This document shows positions 18,164 to 28,947 of a stretch of 64,000 nt of DNA, in pieces. Source of the stretch: Candidatus Shapirobacteria bacterium (GTDB taxonomy: Bacteria > Patescibacteriota > Microgenomatia > UBA12405). Position numbers and translations under genes: made by a program. The stretch spans positions 79,914 to 143,913 of the forward strand of contig JBAZTV010000003.1 of the NCBI GenBank assembly GCA_041661765.1, written 5' to 3'. The stretch's first letter is position 1. Each line of letters opens with the position of its first letter. The notes under the pieces were generated by a model. It ran no database searches and was not told the origin of the DNA. It saw only the letters and a list, made by a program, of their open reading frames with translations.

Positions 18164-21100
18164 ATGAGTATAAATAACCTCCCAAAACAAATTCTTAACT
18201 ATTTTGCCACTTTTACTGAAACAAGATTTAATTTCCGACGACTAATTAACTATAAATGGACTAATAATGAACTAACCCTCGATTTTTCTTTATTTCCTGA
18301 ATTTCAAAATCAAATTCTAGAAAAAATAAAAACTGGAGATTTGTCTCCCGTTACTATTATTCAAGATAAATACACTGTTGTTATTCCAAAAGAGCAAATT
18401 ATTTCTGAAGTACAAAAAATTGTTTCTAAAAAATTAGATAGTTCTTATCTTAATCAGTCTATTAGTAATGAAGAATCTAATATTAAAGATGAATCGGAAG
18501 ATAATTCAGAAAATATTGACGAACAAAAGGAATTGGCAAAAAAAGAAGCCTTGCGTTTATACAATCTTGAACTCCGACGTCAATTTGAAACCAGTTTAAA
18601 CAATCTTCAAGAAAAATTAACTAACCAGAAAAAAGACGAATTACACATTGAACATACTCCACCGTCAATTTTTGGCATAACTAATTATATAAATCAGAAC
18701 TTTGAAAAAATTAAGCGTCTAGCACAAGACTATATAGATTCTGAATCATACATTAATTCAATAAAGGATTATTTTGAAAAAAATGTTGACGACGTTGTTA
18801 TTTATGACCTTTTTTACAACTTACAAAAATATGCCGACTTTGCTCAACTTGGAACTTTGTATTTATTTTTTCACAATTTAGAGAAAAGTTCTGAAAGTTA
18901 CCCTGTTTATTTTGTTGAGGCAGAATTTAAAAATAATACCACTGAGATTACTTTATCTTTTCCAAGAAATTTAATTTTACTTAATACTCCAGCCATCAAT
19001 TATTTTAAATTTGATAGTGTATTAACCATACCTCGAGCCTCCTCTCCCGCATTAGCAAAATCTCACTTAGGCGGTATTGAATCATTTTTCCAAAATCAAT
19101 ATGGTTTTCAAACACCATTTGTTTTAGAATCTGCCTTTGATCCAATTACTCATGCAAAAGAAGAATACCCACAAATAAAAAGTCGAATTGGGTTACAAAC
19201 TGTAATAAACGAAGATAAAAAATTGCTTGATTATTCAGAACTTATGACTAATCTTGAGTTAGGCGAAGATAGTAAATTTTCTGGATTTATTGATCAATAT
19301 ATTAGAGGTACTGTTCCAAATCATCAAGAAGAAGTTGATCAAGTATTTAAAGACAATTTTCCATTAGAATCTCCAAAACGATATATTTCAGATAGTCCAA
19401 TTCCATTAAACAATTCACAAAAAAGAATTCTTTTGGCTCTCGCTAATCAAAAAAATAATATTATTGTTGTTGATGGCCCTCCTGGCACTGGAAAATCTCA
19501 CACTATTGCGGCTTTGACTTATTGGGCTAATGAACAAAAAAAATCAGTAGTCGTCACTTCGCACAAAAAAGAAGCTTTAGACGTTATTGATCGAATGTTG
19601 ACAGATAAGTTTAAAAGTCTACATCCTCAAGCAAAACCTTCTATTGTCAGAATGGATAAAGAAACAGGTTCTGCTAATAATTTACCTAATACTTTGCAGA
19701 CAAGTGTTATAAATGCGGCCAATGAAAGAAATCTAAACTTTAATTACCAAGCATTAAAAAGTGATACCGACAACCTTGAGCAAAAATTAATTACTACTGT
19801 TGAAAATAAACTTAAACAAAATATAGATTATCAACAACAAATTAAGGATTTTGTTAATTTAAATGTTATAGAAACTGAACTTTGTACCGACTCAAATATT
19901 TCGACAGTTATTTCTTCCATCACTACCCCTAAACAAATTACTGACTTTGCAAAATTAAAAGGGTTTTTAGACTCTGACACTTTAAATATTTTTTCAGATA
20001 TTAGTTTAGATGAATATCAATTTATTCTGGAACATCAACAAAATATTCCTGATTTTATTGATGCTTGCGAAAAACTGAATCAAACTTCAGCAGACATAAT
20101 TGATGAAAAAATAAATATTAATGAAATTCCACAGAAATTTCTTGATTTAATAGTTTTACTTCAAAAATATTTTAAACCCAATATTAGTCTTGGAAAACTA
20201 ACAATTAAAGATACTGTAGGTGGAATATTTCCTAAAATTTTTGGAAAAGGACCTAAGGAAAATCAATTAAAAGAATTATTATCGCAATTAAAATTGCTGG
20301 AACATAAAAGTAATTTAAACGATATTGCTCAATATATTGGAAAGGACGTGAACTCTATAACTATTGAGGAAATTTCTTTAAGTATTCAAAAAATACAATT
20401 CGCTCTATCAATTAAACCTTATCTAAATTTAATTTCATCTTATAAATCTCTTCCTAATAATAGTCAAAAAAATATCACCCAAATTTTTGACACAATGAAG
20501 AAATTTAGTCAGGCACCACAAATATTTGATCCGGAGATTTCTTCTGTATTAACCCAACTTTATGCAACTTATGGATCAATTTTAGAAACAGTTGATGTGG
20601 TTGAAGATAATTTAAGTAGTTTATCAAAACTATTTAGCACTGATAATTTGGCTACTAAAATTTGGCAATGGATCCAACTTCACTCCCAACTGTCACAAAA
20701 AGAAAATTCTTTGTCACTTAATAAAAGTGATGTTGAGACTTATTTTAGACTTCAACAAAAAGAGGTAGAAAATATTAATGATCAAAGATTAAAGGATCTT
20801 AATAATCATTTGGGTGAAATTGCTCGTATAAAAGTTTCTTATGAAGGTGGTAAAAGATTTTCTATGGATGAAGCCAAAGTGTTACTCTCTTCTGTTTCTT
20901 GTATTATTGCTGAACCATCAACAATTTCTAAATTTTTCCCAATGCAAGAGGATTTAATCGATGTCCTTATTATTGACGAAGCCTCTCAAGTTTCTATTGC
21001 CGATTCAATCTCTCTTATTTTAAGAGCTAAACAAGTAGTTATATTCGGAGATGAGTATCAGTACGGTGCTGTCAGTGCCCAAAATGTCAGCTCTAAGTAT

Positions 21101-22414
21101 TCGACCAGTTACTTTACTGAAATAGTTTCAGCTTATGCTGATGATTATCAAACAGCTGTTTCAGAAAAAGCGAAGAAAGAATTAGTAGACGAAATATCCA
21201 AAGACATTAACCCCGACGAACAACAAAGCGATACTCTTCTTAAACCACAAGATGGCACAATTCTTTGGCTTAAAACCTTTGATATCCGCACTTCAACATT
21301 AACTTTTGCTAAGGCTATTGCCAATTACAGCACATCTCTTAAAGAACATTTCCGTAGTTTTCCAGAAATTATTGGTTATTCTAATGAAACATTTTATAAA
21401 ATTGCCCAAATGGAACTTTTGGTTAATCGAATCAGAACTAAACCAATTGGTGAAGTGTTGCAATTTATTAAAGTTGACTGTCAAGGTAATGCTGGAGCTA
21501 ATGTAAATTTAGATGAAATTGAAGCAATCGGTAATGATATTCAAAAAAGACTTGATAATGGTTTTATTGGAAGTATTGGTATTATAACTTCATTTAAAGA
21601 ACAACAATCCCGAATGGAACAGTATTTAAATGAGCGTTTTAATATGCCAATTTTGACCCGTGATCATAAAATAGCAATTTGGTTTGTGGGAGATGTACAG
21701 GGCGAAGAAAGAGATTTAATCTATTATTCTTTTGTTGAGGCTAAAGAATTAAACAGTGCTAATTTAGCTAGTATTTATCCAGTAATTGGTGGTACCGCCG
21801 ATAGTATTCGTAGTTTAAAAATGCAACGTCTAAACGTTGGTTTTAGCCGTGCCAAAGATACGATGGTTTTTGTACACAGTCAACCAATTGAGCAATTTAG
21901 TAATACTCGTTTAGGTGATGCTTTAAAGCACTATCATCACGAATTAGAAATTAACCAAGCTAATGATTTCTTTATTGAAGATGAGTCAGTTTTTGAATCT
22001 CCAATGGAAAAGAAAATTTATAGTTTATTGACACAAACAAAATTTGTTCAAGATAATCGTGAACATTTAAAAATTATTCCTCAGTTTGATATTGGAAAAT
22101 ATATTGCTCGTGAATATGCTGTTTCAATTCCTAAATACCGAACAGACTTCTTAGTTTCTTATTCAAATGGTGGCAAAGAAAAAGTGTTGATTTTGGAATA
22201 CGATGGACTAGAATTTCATTTTAAAAATCCATCTGAAGTTGATCATTTAAATTTTTCTCAAGAATACATTGATTATGATATTTCTCGTCAATTAGAACTT
22301 GAAAGTTATGGTTATCACTTTTTACGCCTCAATAAGTTTAACCTTCGACCTCAAAATTCTGGTGAAACTGAAGTTGATGTCTTGAACAATTTATTGATGG
22401 ATCGATTAAAATAA
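18164..22414 (+). CDS. 1416-aa Upf1/DNA2-like SF1 helicase with about 420-aa unknown N-terminal domain and C-terminal restriction-endonuclease-like (DUF559/Vsr-like) domain
   Basis: Walker A IIVVDGPPGTGKSHT (~aa 440), Walker B VLIIDEASQV (~aa 935), AAA_12-like GDVQGEERDLIYYS and R-finger region. C-terminal ...KVLILEYDGLEFHFKN..., a PD-(D/E)xK-type E-x-D...H pattern typical of DUF559 tails. Confidence 0.8.
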   Translation: MSINNLPKQILNYFATFTETRFNFRRLINYKWTNNELTLDFSLFPEFQNQILEKIKTGDLSPVTIIQDKYTVVIPKEQIISEVQKIVSKKLDSSYLNQSISNEESNIKDESEDNSENIDEQKELAKKEALRLYNLELRRQFETSLNNLQEKLTNQKKDELHIEHTPPSIFGITNYINQNFEKIKRLAQDYIDSESYINSIKDYFEKNVDDVVIYDLFYNLQKYADFAQLGTLYLFFHNLEKSSESYPVYFVEAEFKNNTTEITLSFPRNLILLNTPAINYFKFDSVLTIPRASSPALAKSHLGGIESFFQNQYGFQTPFVLESAFDPITHAKEEYPQIKSRIGLQTVINEDKKLLDYSELMTNLELGEDSKFSGFIDQYIRGTVPNHQEEVDQVFKDNFPLESPKRYISDSPIPLNNSQKRILLALANQKNNIIVVDGPPGTGKSHTIAALTYWANEQKKSVVVTSHKKEALDVIDRMLTDKFKSLHPQAKPSIVRMDKETGSANNLPNTLQTSVINAANERNLNFNYQALKSDTDNLEQKLITTVENKLKQNIDYQQQIKDFVNLNVIETELCTDSNISTVISSITTPKQITDFAKLKGFLDSDTLNIFSDISLDEYQFILEHQQNIPDFIDACEKLNQTSADIIDEKININEIPQKFLDLIVLLQKYFKPNISLGKLTIKDTVGGIFPKIFGKGPKENQLKELLSQLKLLEHKSNLNDIAQYIGKDVNSITIEEISLSIQKIQFALSIKPYLNLISSYKSLPNNSQKNITQIFDTMKKFSQAPQIFDPEISSVLTQLYATYGSILETVDVVEDNLSSLSKLFSTDNLATKIWQWIQLHSQLSQKENSLSLNKSDVETYFRLQQKEVENINDQRLKDLNNHLGEIARIKVSYEGGKRFSMDEAKVLLSSVSCIIAEPSTISKFFPMQEDLIDVLIIDEASQVSIADSISLILRAKQVVIFGDEYQYGAVSAQNVSSKYSTSYFTEIVSAYADDYQTAVSEKAKKELVDEISKDINPDEQQSDTLLKPQDGTILWLKTFDIRTSTLTFAKAIANYSTSLKEHFRSFPEIIGYSNETFYKIAQMELLVNRIRTKPIGEVLQFIKVDCQGNAGANVNLDEIEAIGNDIQKRLDNGFIGSIGIITSFKEQQSRMEQYLNERFNMPILTRDHKIAIWFVGDVQGEERDLIYYSFVEAKELNSANLASIYPVIGGTADSIRSLKMQRLNVGFSRAKDTMVFVHSQPIEQFSNTRLGDALKHYHHELEINQANDFFIEDESVFESPMEKKIYSLLTQTKFVQDNREHLKIIPQFDIGKYIAREYAVSIPKYRTDFLVSYSNGGKEKVLILEYDGLEFHFKNPSEVDHLNFSQEYIDYDISRQLELESYGYHFLRLNKFNLRPQNSGETEVDVLNNLLMDRLK

Positions 22415-22418
22415 CTTT

Positions 22419-24443
22419 ATGACTCAAATTAAACTAACCATTGAAGAAAAAGCCCAAATTATTGAAGCACTCAATCAAGATTTAGAACCATCAGCTGATT
22501 TACTACCTAAAATATTTCCTGGTACCGCTGAAAAATTTGATGTAGCCTCTCTTGATCGAGCTAAAATTCCTACCCTTGAATATGCTGGTAAAAGAACTAA
22601 AGCAGCAATCCTAGCTGAAGGTACTGCCGGTATTGGTGCAGCCCCTCTTCAAACTGTCCGTTGTTTTGGAAATGCCACTGAAAATGATTGGAAAAATTTA
22701 ATTGTTCAAGGTGACAATCTTCAATTTTTAAAAACTTGTTATAAAAATACTGATCCATTAATTATGGATAAGATTAAGGGTAAAGTTAAACTAATTTACA
22801 TTGATCCACCATTTGCAACTAAAAGTGATTTTGGAGGTAAAGATGGAGAATATAGTTATACCGATAAAGTTGATCGAGCCCACTTCCTTGAAACACTCCG
22901 TGAACGCCTTATCTATCTTCGTGAACTCCTCGCTGACGATGGTTCAATCTATGTCCATTTGGACCAAAAAATGAGCCATTATGTAAAAATAACAATGGAT
23001 GAGATATTTGGAAAAGATAATTTTAGAAATGAAATTGTTTGGACTTACAACGGAAAAGGATTGGCTAATGCTAGAAGTGGTTATGTAAAATACTTTGCCA
23101 ACATTTTATTTTATTCTAAGTCAAATAAAACCGAAATAAATAATAAAATTGATAAAGTTTCTGATTCTGTCATTCAACGTTTTGGAAGATATTTAAATGA
23201 ATTTAATCAAATTTCATTTGCATCTTTGAAAAAAGGAAATGAAAAATCAGAATTAGAAAAAAGTAGAAATAGATTTATTAAAGAATTTAATAGAGAACCT
23301 GAAGATGATGATATTGCGGTTGATTATAGTAAGGGTATGTTTTTAAAAGATATTTGGGATGATATACCGATAGTAAGAGAGAATAAAAAATATTCTGAAT
23401 ATCAAAATTATCCAACACAAAAGCCCGAACTCTTATTGGAAAGAATCGTGACTGCTTCATCTAATGAGGGTGATATTGTAATGGATTGTTTTTCGGGGTC
23501 TGGGACAACAGTTGCTGTGGCTGAAAAATTAGGGAGAAGATGGATTGGATGTGACTTTGGAAAACATGCAATTTATACAATTCAAAAAAGAATTCTTAAT
23601 ATTGCGGAAAGTAAAAAACTTGGAAAAGACTTAAAGGCTGGTGAAAAACATGGATTAAAACCAAAACCATTTTGTGTTGTGTCATCTGGAGCTTATGATT
23701 TTTCCCATGTTATGGATTTACGCAAAAATAAAGATACTTATATTGATTTTGTCTTGGCTCTTTTCCAACTCGTCCGTGACAATGAAAAATCAGCTAAATT
23801 TCGATTATCAAATATTTACTCTCTAAAAGATGGTAATCCAGTCGAAGTTTATCCTGTTTGGGACGATCAGTATCTTAAAGATGTTCGTATTGATGAAATT
23901 TATTTACAAGGAGTGATTGATCAAGCCGGTGGTCGGTTGCAGGGTGATTATTACATTATTACTCCTGAATCGTGTGCCAATATTGGTGATACTACTCTTA
24001 AAAACCAAGATAATAAGGATGTTAATTTTAAAATTCTTTCCTTCCCTTATAAAATTTTAGAGGCTATCTCTCAAAAACTAACAATAGAAGAACAACCTAG
24101 TTCTTCCCAAAATATTAATAATTTAGTTACTTCTACTTCTTTTTACTTTAATGAAGACGTTGAAATTGAAGTCGTTAAAACAGATAGTGGTCTTAAAATA
24201 ACTAAATTTGATAGCAAAATATTAGATGGTGCTGGTAATCGTTTTGAAGGAATTTCTGGATTAGCGATGTTACTTATCGATCTTAATTATGTTTCTAATA
24301 AGCCATTTGATATGGATGTGGCTGTATATGCCAAAGAAATTGGTGAAGATGGAACTTGTAAAGTTGATGAATTAACTCCAAGTGTGGGTGTTATTGCTAT
24401 TGATAAACACGGTAATGAAAGTAAACCGTTTCAAATAAAATAA
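22419..24443 (+). CDS. mod: Type III restriction-modification methyltransferase (Mod) subunit
   Basis: LIYIDPPFAT (motif IV DPPF) precedes MDCFSGSGTTVAVAEKLGRRWIGCD (motif I): the beta-class order of Type III Mod. 674 aa, with a central variable (target-recognition) region. Confidence 0.8.
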   Translation: MTQIKLTIEEKAQIIEALNQDLEPSADLLPKIFPGTAEKFDVASLDRAKIPTLEYAGKRTKAAILAEGTAGIGAAPLQTVRCFGNATENDWKNLIVQGDNLQFLKTCYKNTDPLIMDKIKGKVKLIYIDPPFATKSDFGGKDGEYSYTDKVDRAHFLETLRERLIYLRELLADDGSIYVHLDQKMSHYVKITMDEIFGKDNFRNEIVWTYNGKGLANARSGYVKYFANILFYSKSNKTEINNKIDKVSDSVIQRFGRYLNEFNQISFASLKKGNEKSELEKSRNRFIKEFNREPEDDDIAVDYSKGMFLKDIWDDIPIVRENKKYSEYQNYPTQKPELLLERIVTASSNEGDIVMDCFSGSGTTVAVAEKLGRRWIGCDFGKHAIYTIQKRILNIAESKKLGKDLKAGEKHGLKPKPFCVVSSGAYDFSHVMDLRKNKDTYIDFVLALFQLVRDNEKSAKFRLSNIYSLKDGNPVEVYPVWDDQYLKDVRIDEIYLQGVIDQAGGRLQGDYYIITPESCANIGDTTLKNQDNKDVNFKILSFPYKILEAISQKLTIEEQPSSSQNINNLVTSTSFYFNEDVEIEVVKTDSGLKITKFDSKILDGAGNRFEGISGLAMLLIDLNYVSNKPFDMDVAVYAKEIGEDGTCKVDELTPSVGVIAIDKHGNESKPFQIK

Positions 24444-24444
24444 T

Positions 24445-27333
24445 ATGGAAGATAAAAAATTTACCAAACCAAAGGGTAGACGATTTAACACTGTTGATCG
24501 AATCAATTTATCTCAGCATGTTTTAAATATAAATCTAAAAAAAAGTAGTCGTAAAAAATTTAATTTTAATGAAATTGAAGATTTTGTTAGGGCTATTGCT
24601 GACGGCAGACAATATCAATATGATGCCATCAGGGATGTAATGACCTATCTGTGGGGTGGTGGTTATCAAGATGTAACTGAATTAGCTAAAGAAAATTTTA
24701 CAGTAAATGAACATTTACGAGAAAAATTTGGAAATGAAGAATTAATGCTTGGTAATTTACCTCTCCCCGATCGTCTATCTGGAGTGGTTCATATGGCCAC
24801 CGGTACGGGTAAATCATATATTATTTATGCGGTAGCTTATTTGTCTATTGTTATGGGTTTGACTAAAAGAGTATTGGTGCTAGGACCATCCTCAACTATT
24901 ATTGAAGAAGGTTTGCGAGATAAATTTCAAAAATTTATGGCTCGTGATGATTGGAATAAAAAACTTCCCAAAGAATATCAAGGTAAGGCTATTGAATTAT
25001 TAAAAAATAATGATGTTATTGAAGACAACAGTATCACTATTGAAAATATTAATGCTATCTATACTGTCGGTGGTATTCGTGACACTTTATTTAAAGGAGT
25101 TAATGAAGTTTTAGTTTTAGGAGATGAAATTCATCATGCTTATTCTCATTTAAACTTCAATCAAACCCAAAAAAGACTGGAATTAGATCAAAATGTTGAT
25201 GAAAATGTTGGTAAAGATAGCGATGAAAAATCTGAGAGATTATGGATGAAGTTTTTAAGACAATATCCTGAAATTACTAGACATATTGGTTTTACAGGTA
25301 CTCCATATAATCAGGATAATTATTTTGCTGATGTTATTTATGATTACAATATTAGAGCGGCTATAAATAACAAATATATTAAAGATATTAATCCAATTAT
25401 TGGAACTGAATCTGATCAAGGTGATGTTCAATGGACTACTGAAAAAAGATTTGAAGTTGTTTATGAAAACCATCTCGATAATTCTAATAAATATTCCTAT
25501 ACAAAAAATGATGTTCGCAGGGTTAAACCAATTACTGTTTTTTATTGTCCTACTCGAAATAATGCTCAATCAAAAACAGAAGAATTTATTCGCTTTTTAA
25601 TTAAAAGAGAAAAAGAAGTTCTTCATTCCACTTTATCTGATGCAGAACTAGACCAAAAGATACGCCAAAAGGTAATTTGTGTTATTACGGGTATTACAGA
25701 ATCTACATATAAAAACCAACTTGACCATGTTGAAGAAACTGATCCAACTAAGATTGGAGGTTTAGTTGAATTTATTTTTTCTGTCGGTAAATTACTTGAA
25801 GGTTGGGATGTTGACAATGTGTTTCAGATCGTCCCAATGGAAGAAAGAATTTTTAATTCAAAATTATTAATATCACAAGTTTTGGGTCGTGGTTTAAGAA
25901 TTCCTCGTTGTTTAAAACCTGTTGATATCGCCACTAATTACCCAATGTTGACGGTTACTAATCATGAAAAATTTGCTGACAAAATTAAAGAAATTCTTAA
26001 TGCTGTTATCAACTCTGATATGTTCATTGTTTCTGAACCATTGGAAATTAAAGACGATCCAAATTGGCGAGGAAAATATCACTTTTCTCTTTTTAATTTA
26101 AATTATCTTTCTGGTGAAAAATTTGAAGATGCTCCAGTAGAACCAAAACAATTACAAAATAGACAATTAATTTTAGAAAAGTTTGATCTAAAAGAAAATT
26201 TAACTATTTTTTTTGATAAAGGTAAAAGAGAATACCGTTTAAAAAAACAAACTGTCACATTAGACTCAATTGTTGATTCTTTATATAGACGTTTTAAAGG
26301 TAGAGAATATGAAGAAATTCGGTTTGATTTTGGAAACGGAGAAGAAACTCGATGTCCTACTGAAGATGAAATTAGAAATACTATTCTAGTAGCAATGGAA
26401 AAAGCCGGAATTTCTAAGGATGGTTTGGCTGATGATAATAAAAAACAAATTGATTTATATTTTAATCAATTTTTACCAAAAGGATCAAAAATTCGAATTC
26501 CTATCAATGTGACTGGTAATGTTTTTCCTATAAGTAGTCAAAAAATTGAACGTAGTAGTCTTCGGGTTGGTGAATTAGAACGAGACGCAACTGCTTTTAT
26601 GAGTGAAAATTATCAACAAGAAGTTGATGAAAAAACCAAAGCGTTATTAAAATATATACAAGAAAATAGAAAACAATTATTAAATGAAGGTCAACAAATG
26701 CTTGGATTTACTGATCCAAATCAGCTATTGGTTAAATATCAAGATAATGTTAAATCGCTAATTAATGGTGATCCCCGACCACCTTACATCGTAACAAATT
26801 CATCATTTAAAACACCTCAAAGCGTGGTTTTAGTTTCATATTATCCAGAAAAAGAATTTTCATTTAGATTAATTGAAAATAGTTTATATCTCGATTCTTG
26901 GATTAAATCTCCAGATAAAGGATTTTATTCAATTGAATATGAATATTGGAAAGGCGGAAAAGATAGAGTATTAAGAAGTTTTAACCCTGATTTTTTTATA
27001 AAAATTGATCTCGATAGGTATATTAAAACTTTAAAGGAAAAAGGTGAAAAAGACAATTTAAAAAATCTTATAGAACTACAAGAAAAAGGAATTGAAACTA
27101 TTATTAAGGTAGTCGAAATAAAATCTGATGAGGATGATGATGAAGCTACTCCAGCTAAAGCTGAAAAAGCCAAAATACATTTTAATTCTCTGAATCAAAA
27201 ATTGAGCGAGAGTAATCCAATAAACTTTGACAAAAAATACCAGTCAGAATTAAAACAATTTTATGTTTTTGATTTATTAAAACCAAACGGATTTATTGAA
27301 TGGTTTTCTAAATTAAAAACTGGAAGTTTATAA
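24445..27333 (+). CDS. res: Type III restriction enzyme (Res) subunit, SF2 DEAH helicase + C-terminal nuclease region
   Basis: Walker A HMATGTGKSY and DEAH-type motif II LVLGDEIHHA, with helicase motifs downstream. Start is 1 bp after the Mod stop, the typical mod-res operon. Confidence 0.8.
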   Translation: MEDKKFTKPKGRRFNTVDRINLSQHVLNINLKKSSRKKFNFNEIEDFVRAIADGRQYQYDAIRDVMTYLWGGGYQDVTELAKENFTVNEHLREKFGNEELMLGNLPLPDRLSGVVHMATGTGKSYIIYAVAYLSIVMGLTKRVLVLGPSSTIIEEGLRDKFQKFMARDDWNKKLPKEYQGKAIELLKNNDVIEDNSITIENINAIYTVGGIRDTLFKGVNEVLVLGDEIHHAYSHLNFNQTQKRLELDQNVDENVGKDSDEKSERLWMKFLRQYPEITRHIGFTGTPYNQDNYFADVIYDYNIRAAINNKYIKDINPIIGTESDQGDVQWTTEKRFEVVYENHLDNSNKYSYTKNDVRRVKPITVFYCPTRNNAQSKTEEFIRFLIKREKEVLHSTLSDAELDQKIRQKVICVITGITESTYKNQLDHVEETDPTKIGGLVEFIFSVGKLLEGWDVDNVFQIVPMEERIFNSKLLISQVLGRGLRIPRCLKPVDIATNYPMLTVTNHEKFADKIKEILNAVINSDMFIVSEPLEIKDDPNWRGKYHFSLFNLNYLSGEKFEDAPVEPKQLQNRQLILEKFDLKENLTIFFDKGKREYRLKKQTVTLDSIVDSLYRRFKGREYEEIRFDFGNGEETRCPTEDEIRNTILVAMEKAGISKDGLADDNKKQIDLYFNQFLPKGSKIRIPINVTGNVFPISSQKIERSSLRVGELERDATAFMSENYQQEVDEKTKALLKYIQENRKQLLNEGQQMLGFTDPNQLLVKYQDNVKSLINGDPRPPYIVTNSSFKTPQSVVLVSYYPEKEFSFRLIENSLYLDSWIKSPDKGFYSIEYEYWKGGKDRVLRSFNPDFFIKIDLDRYIKTLKEKGEKDNLKNLIELQEKGIETIIKVVEIKSDEDDDEATPAKAEKAKIHFNSLNQKLSESNPINFDKKYQSELKQFYVFDLLKPNGFIEWFSKLKTGSL

Positions 27334-27392
27334 TTCAAAGTTAACTAATACAAAAAATTAGAGGTATTGCAGAAAAGATAATTGAATAAATA

Positions 27393-28910
27393 ATGAATTT
27401 TAATAAAACTCTCTCTAAATCTGAATATATGCTTTTTCTTAAGCATCCAGCTTGGTTGTGGCTTAAAAAATACGATAAAAACAAATTACCTCCAACAGAT
27501 GATGCTTTGCAAGCAATGTTTGATGATGGAAATTTATTTGAATCTTATGCCAATAAATTATTTCCAGATGCAGTGAAACTTGGTTTTGAAAGTTATGATG
27601 ATTATTTAAATCTACCTAATAGAACCATAGAAGCAATTAAAAATAAAGTTGAAGTTATTTTGCAAGGCAGATTGGAGTTTGAAGGTAAAACTTGTATTTT
27701 TGATGTGTTACAAAAAGTTGGAGATAATGAATTCAATTTAATTGAAATAAAGGCCAGTACAAAAGCAAAAACAGAACATGAATATGATTTGGCTTTTCAA
27801 TTAATGGTTTTAGAAAAATCTGGTTATTCTGTTAAAAATATCTTGGTTATTCATGCTAATAATGAGTATGTGAGAGACGGTGAAATAGATGTTAAGGGTA
27901 TTACTGGTCAGACTGATGTCACCGAGAAAGTAAAAGCCTTAAAAGAAATCACTGAACAACAAGTTGATTTAGCTTTTGAAGTATTAGATAGTGACAAATG
28001 TCCAGACTTATCACCTCGATATGTTAATAAAATAGGAGTCGCTGATGTTAATTGGTTTGCAGACTGGATGGAAGTATATAAAAACTTGAAACCAAATGAT
28101 GACCCTTACAATATTTATGAACTTAGCTACCCTACCGCAGAACAAATTGGAAAAATTGAAGATGCTGGGATAATCAAAATAAATGATATTCCTGATGAAC
28201 TTGCTCTTAGAGGTAAACAATTAGCTCAAATAAAAACAACCAGAGAAAATAAAAGAATTATTGATAAAGATAAAATAAAATCTTTTATTGATACTTTTCA
28301 ATACCCTCTTTATTTTTTTGATTATGAAACTTTTTCTTCAGTGATTCCCCAATTTGATGGTTGTAGTCCTTACAAAGATTATCCTTTTCAATACTCCCTT
28401 CATATAATGGAATCTCCTAATTCTGAATTAAAACATTTGGAATACCTTCATAATGAAAAAACAAATCCGATGCCTAAACTACTTGAGCAACTCAAGAAAG
28501 ACATAGGAGAATCAGGAACAGTTCTGGCTTGGAATATGAGTTATGAAAAAGGGCGTAATGAGTGCATGGCAGCTCTTTATCCAGAATATGCAGATTTTTT
28601 AAAGCAATTAAATGAAAGAATAAACGATCTAATGATTCCTTTTTCGAATATGTGGTTTTTTGATAAAGATTTTTTTGGGAGTGCCTCTGTAAAGAAAGTT
28701 ATGCCCGTTATGGCTCCAGAGTTAAGCTATAAAGAATTAGATGTAGGAGACGGTTTGTTGGCTAGAAGAACATGGACTCAAACAGTTTTAGAAGATAAAA
28801 ATCAACCTAACCGTAGTAAAATTATAGAGAATTTGAGTAAATATTGTACACTTGATACTTTTGCTATGGTAAGAATTTTAGAAGAATTAAAAAAAATTAT
28901 TAACGAATAA
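27393..28910 (+). CDS. DUF2779-like protein: N-terminal PD-(D/E)xK (RecB/Cas4-like) nuclease fold + C-terminal RNaseH-like/DEDD-like region
   Basis: N-terminus LSKSEYMLFLKHPAWLWLKK resembles the DUF2779 start signature (from memory). FDVLQKVGDNEFNLIEIKAST has a D...E-x-K arrangement. Later FFDYETFSS resembles an exonuclease DxE. Confidence 0.5.
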   Translation: MNFNKTLSKSEYMLFLKHPAWLWLKKYDKNKLPPTDDALQAMFDDGNLFESYANKLFPDAVKLGFESYDDYLNLPNRTIEAIKNKVEVILQGRLEFEGKTCIFDVLQKVGDNEFNLIEIKASTKAKTEHEYDLAFQLMVLEKSGYSVKNILVIHANNEYVRDGEIDVKGITGQTDVTEKVKALKEITEQQVDLAFEVLDSDKCPDLSPRYVNKIGVADVNWFADWMEVYKNLKPNDDPYNIYELSYPTAEQIGKIEDAGIIKINDIPDELALRGKQLAQIKTTRENKRIIDKDKIKSFIDTFQYPLYFFDYETFSSVIPQFDGCSPYKDYPFQYSLHIMESPNSELKHLEYLHNEKTNPMPKLLEQLKKDIGESGTVLAWNMSYEKGRNECMAALYPEYADFLKQLNERINDLMIPFSNMWFFDKDFFGSASVKKVMPVMAPELSYKELDVGDGLLARRTWTQTVLEDKNQPNRSKIIENLSKYCTLDTFAMVRILEELKKIINE

Positions 28911-28947
28911 AATAGTTAAATTATTTTAAATTTTTTATTAAATTAAA

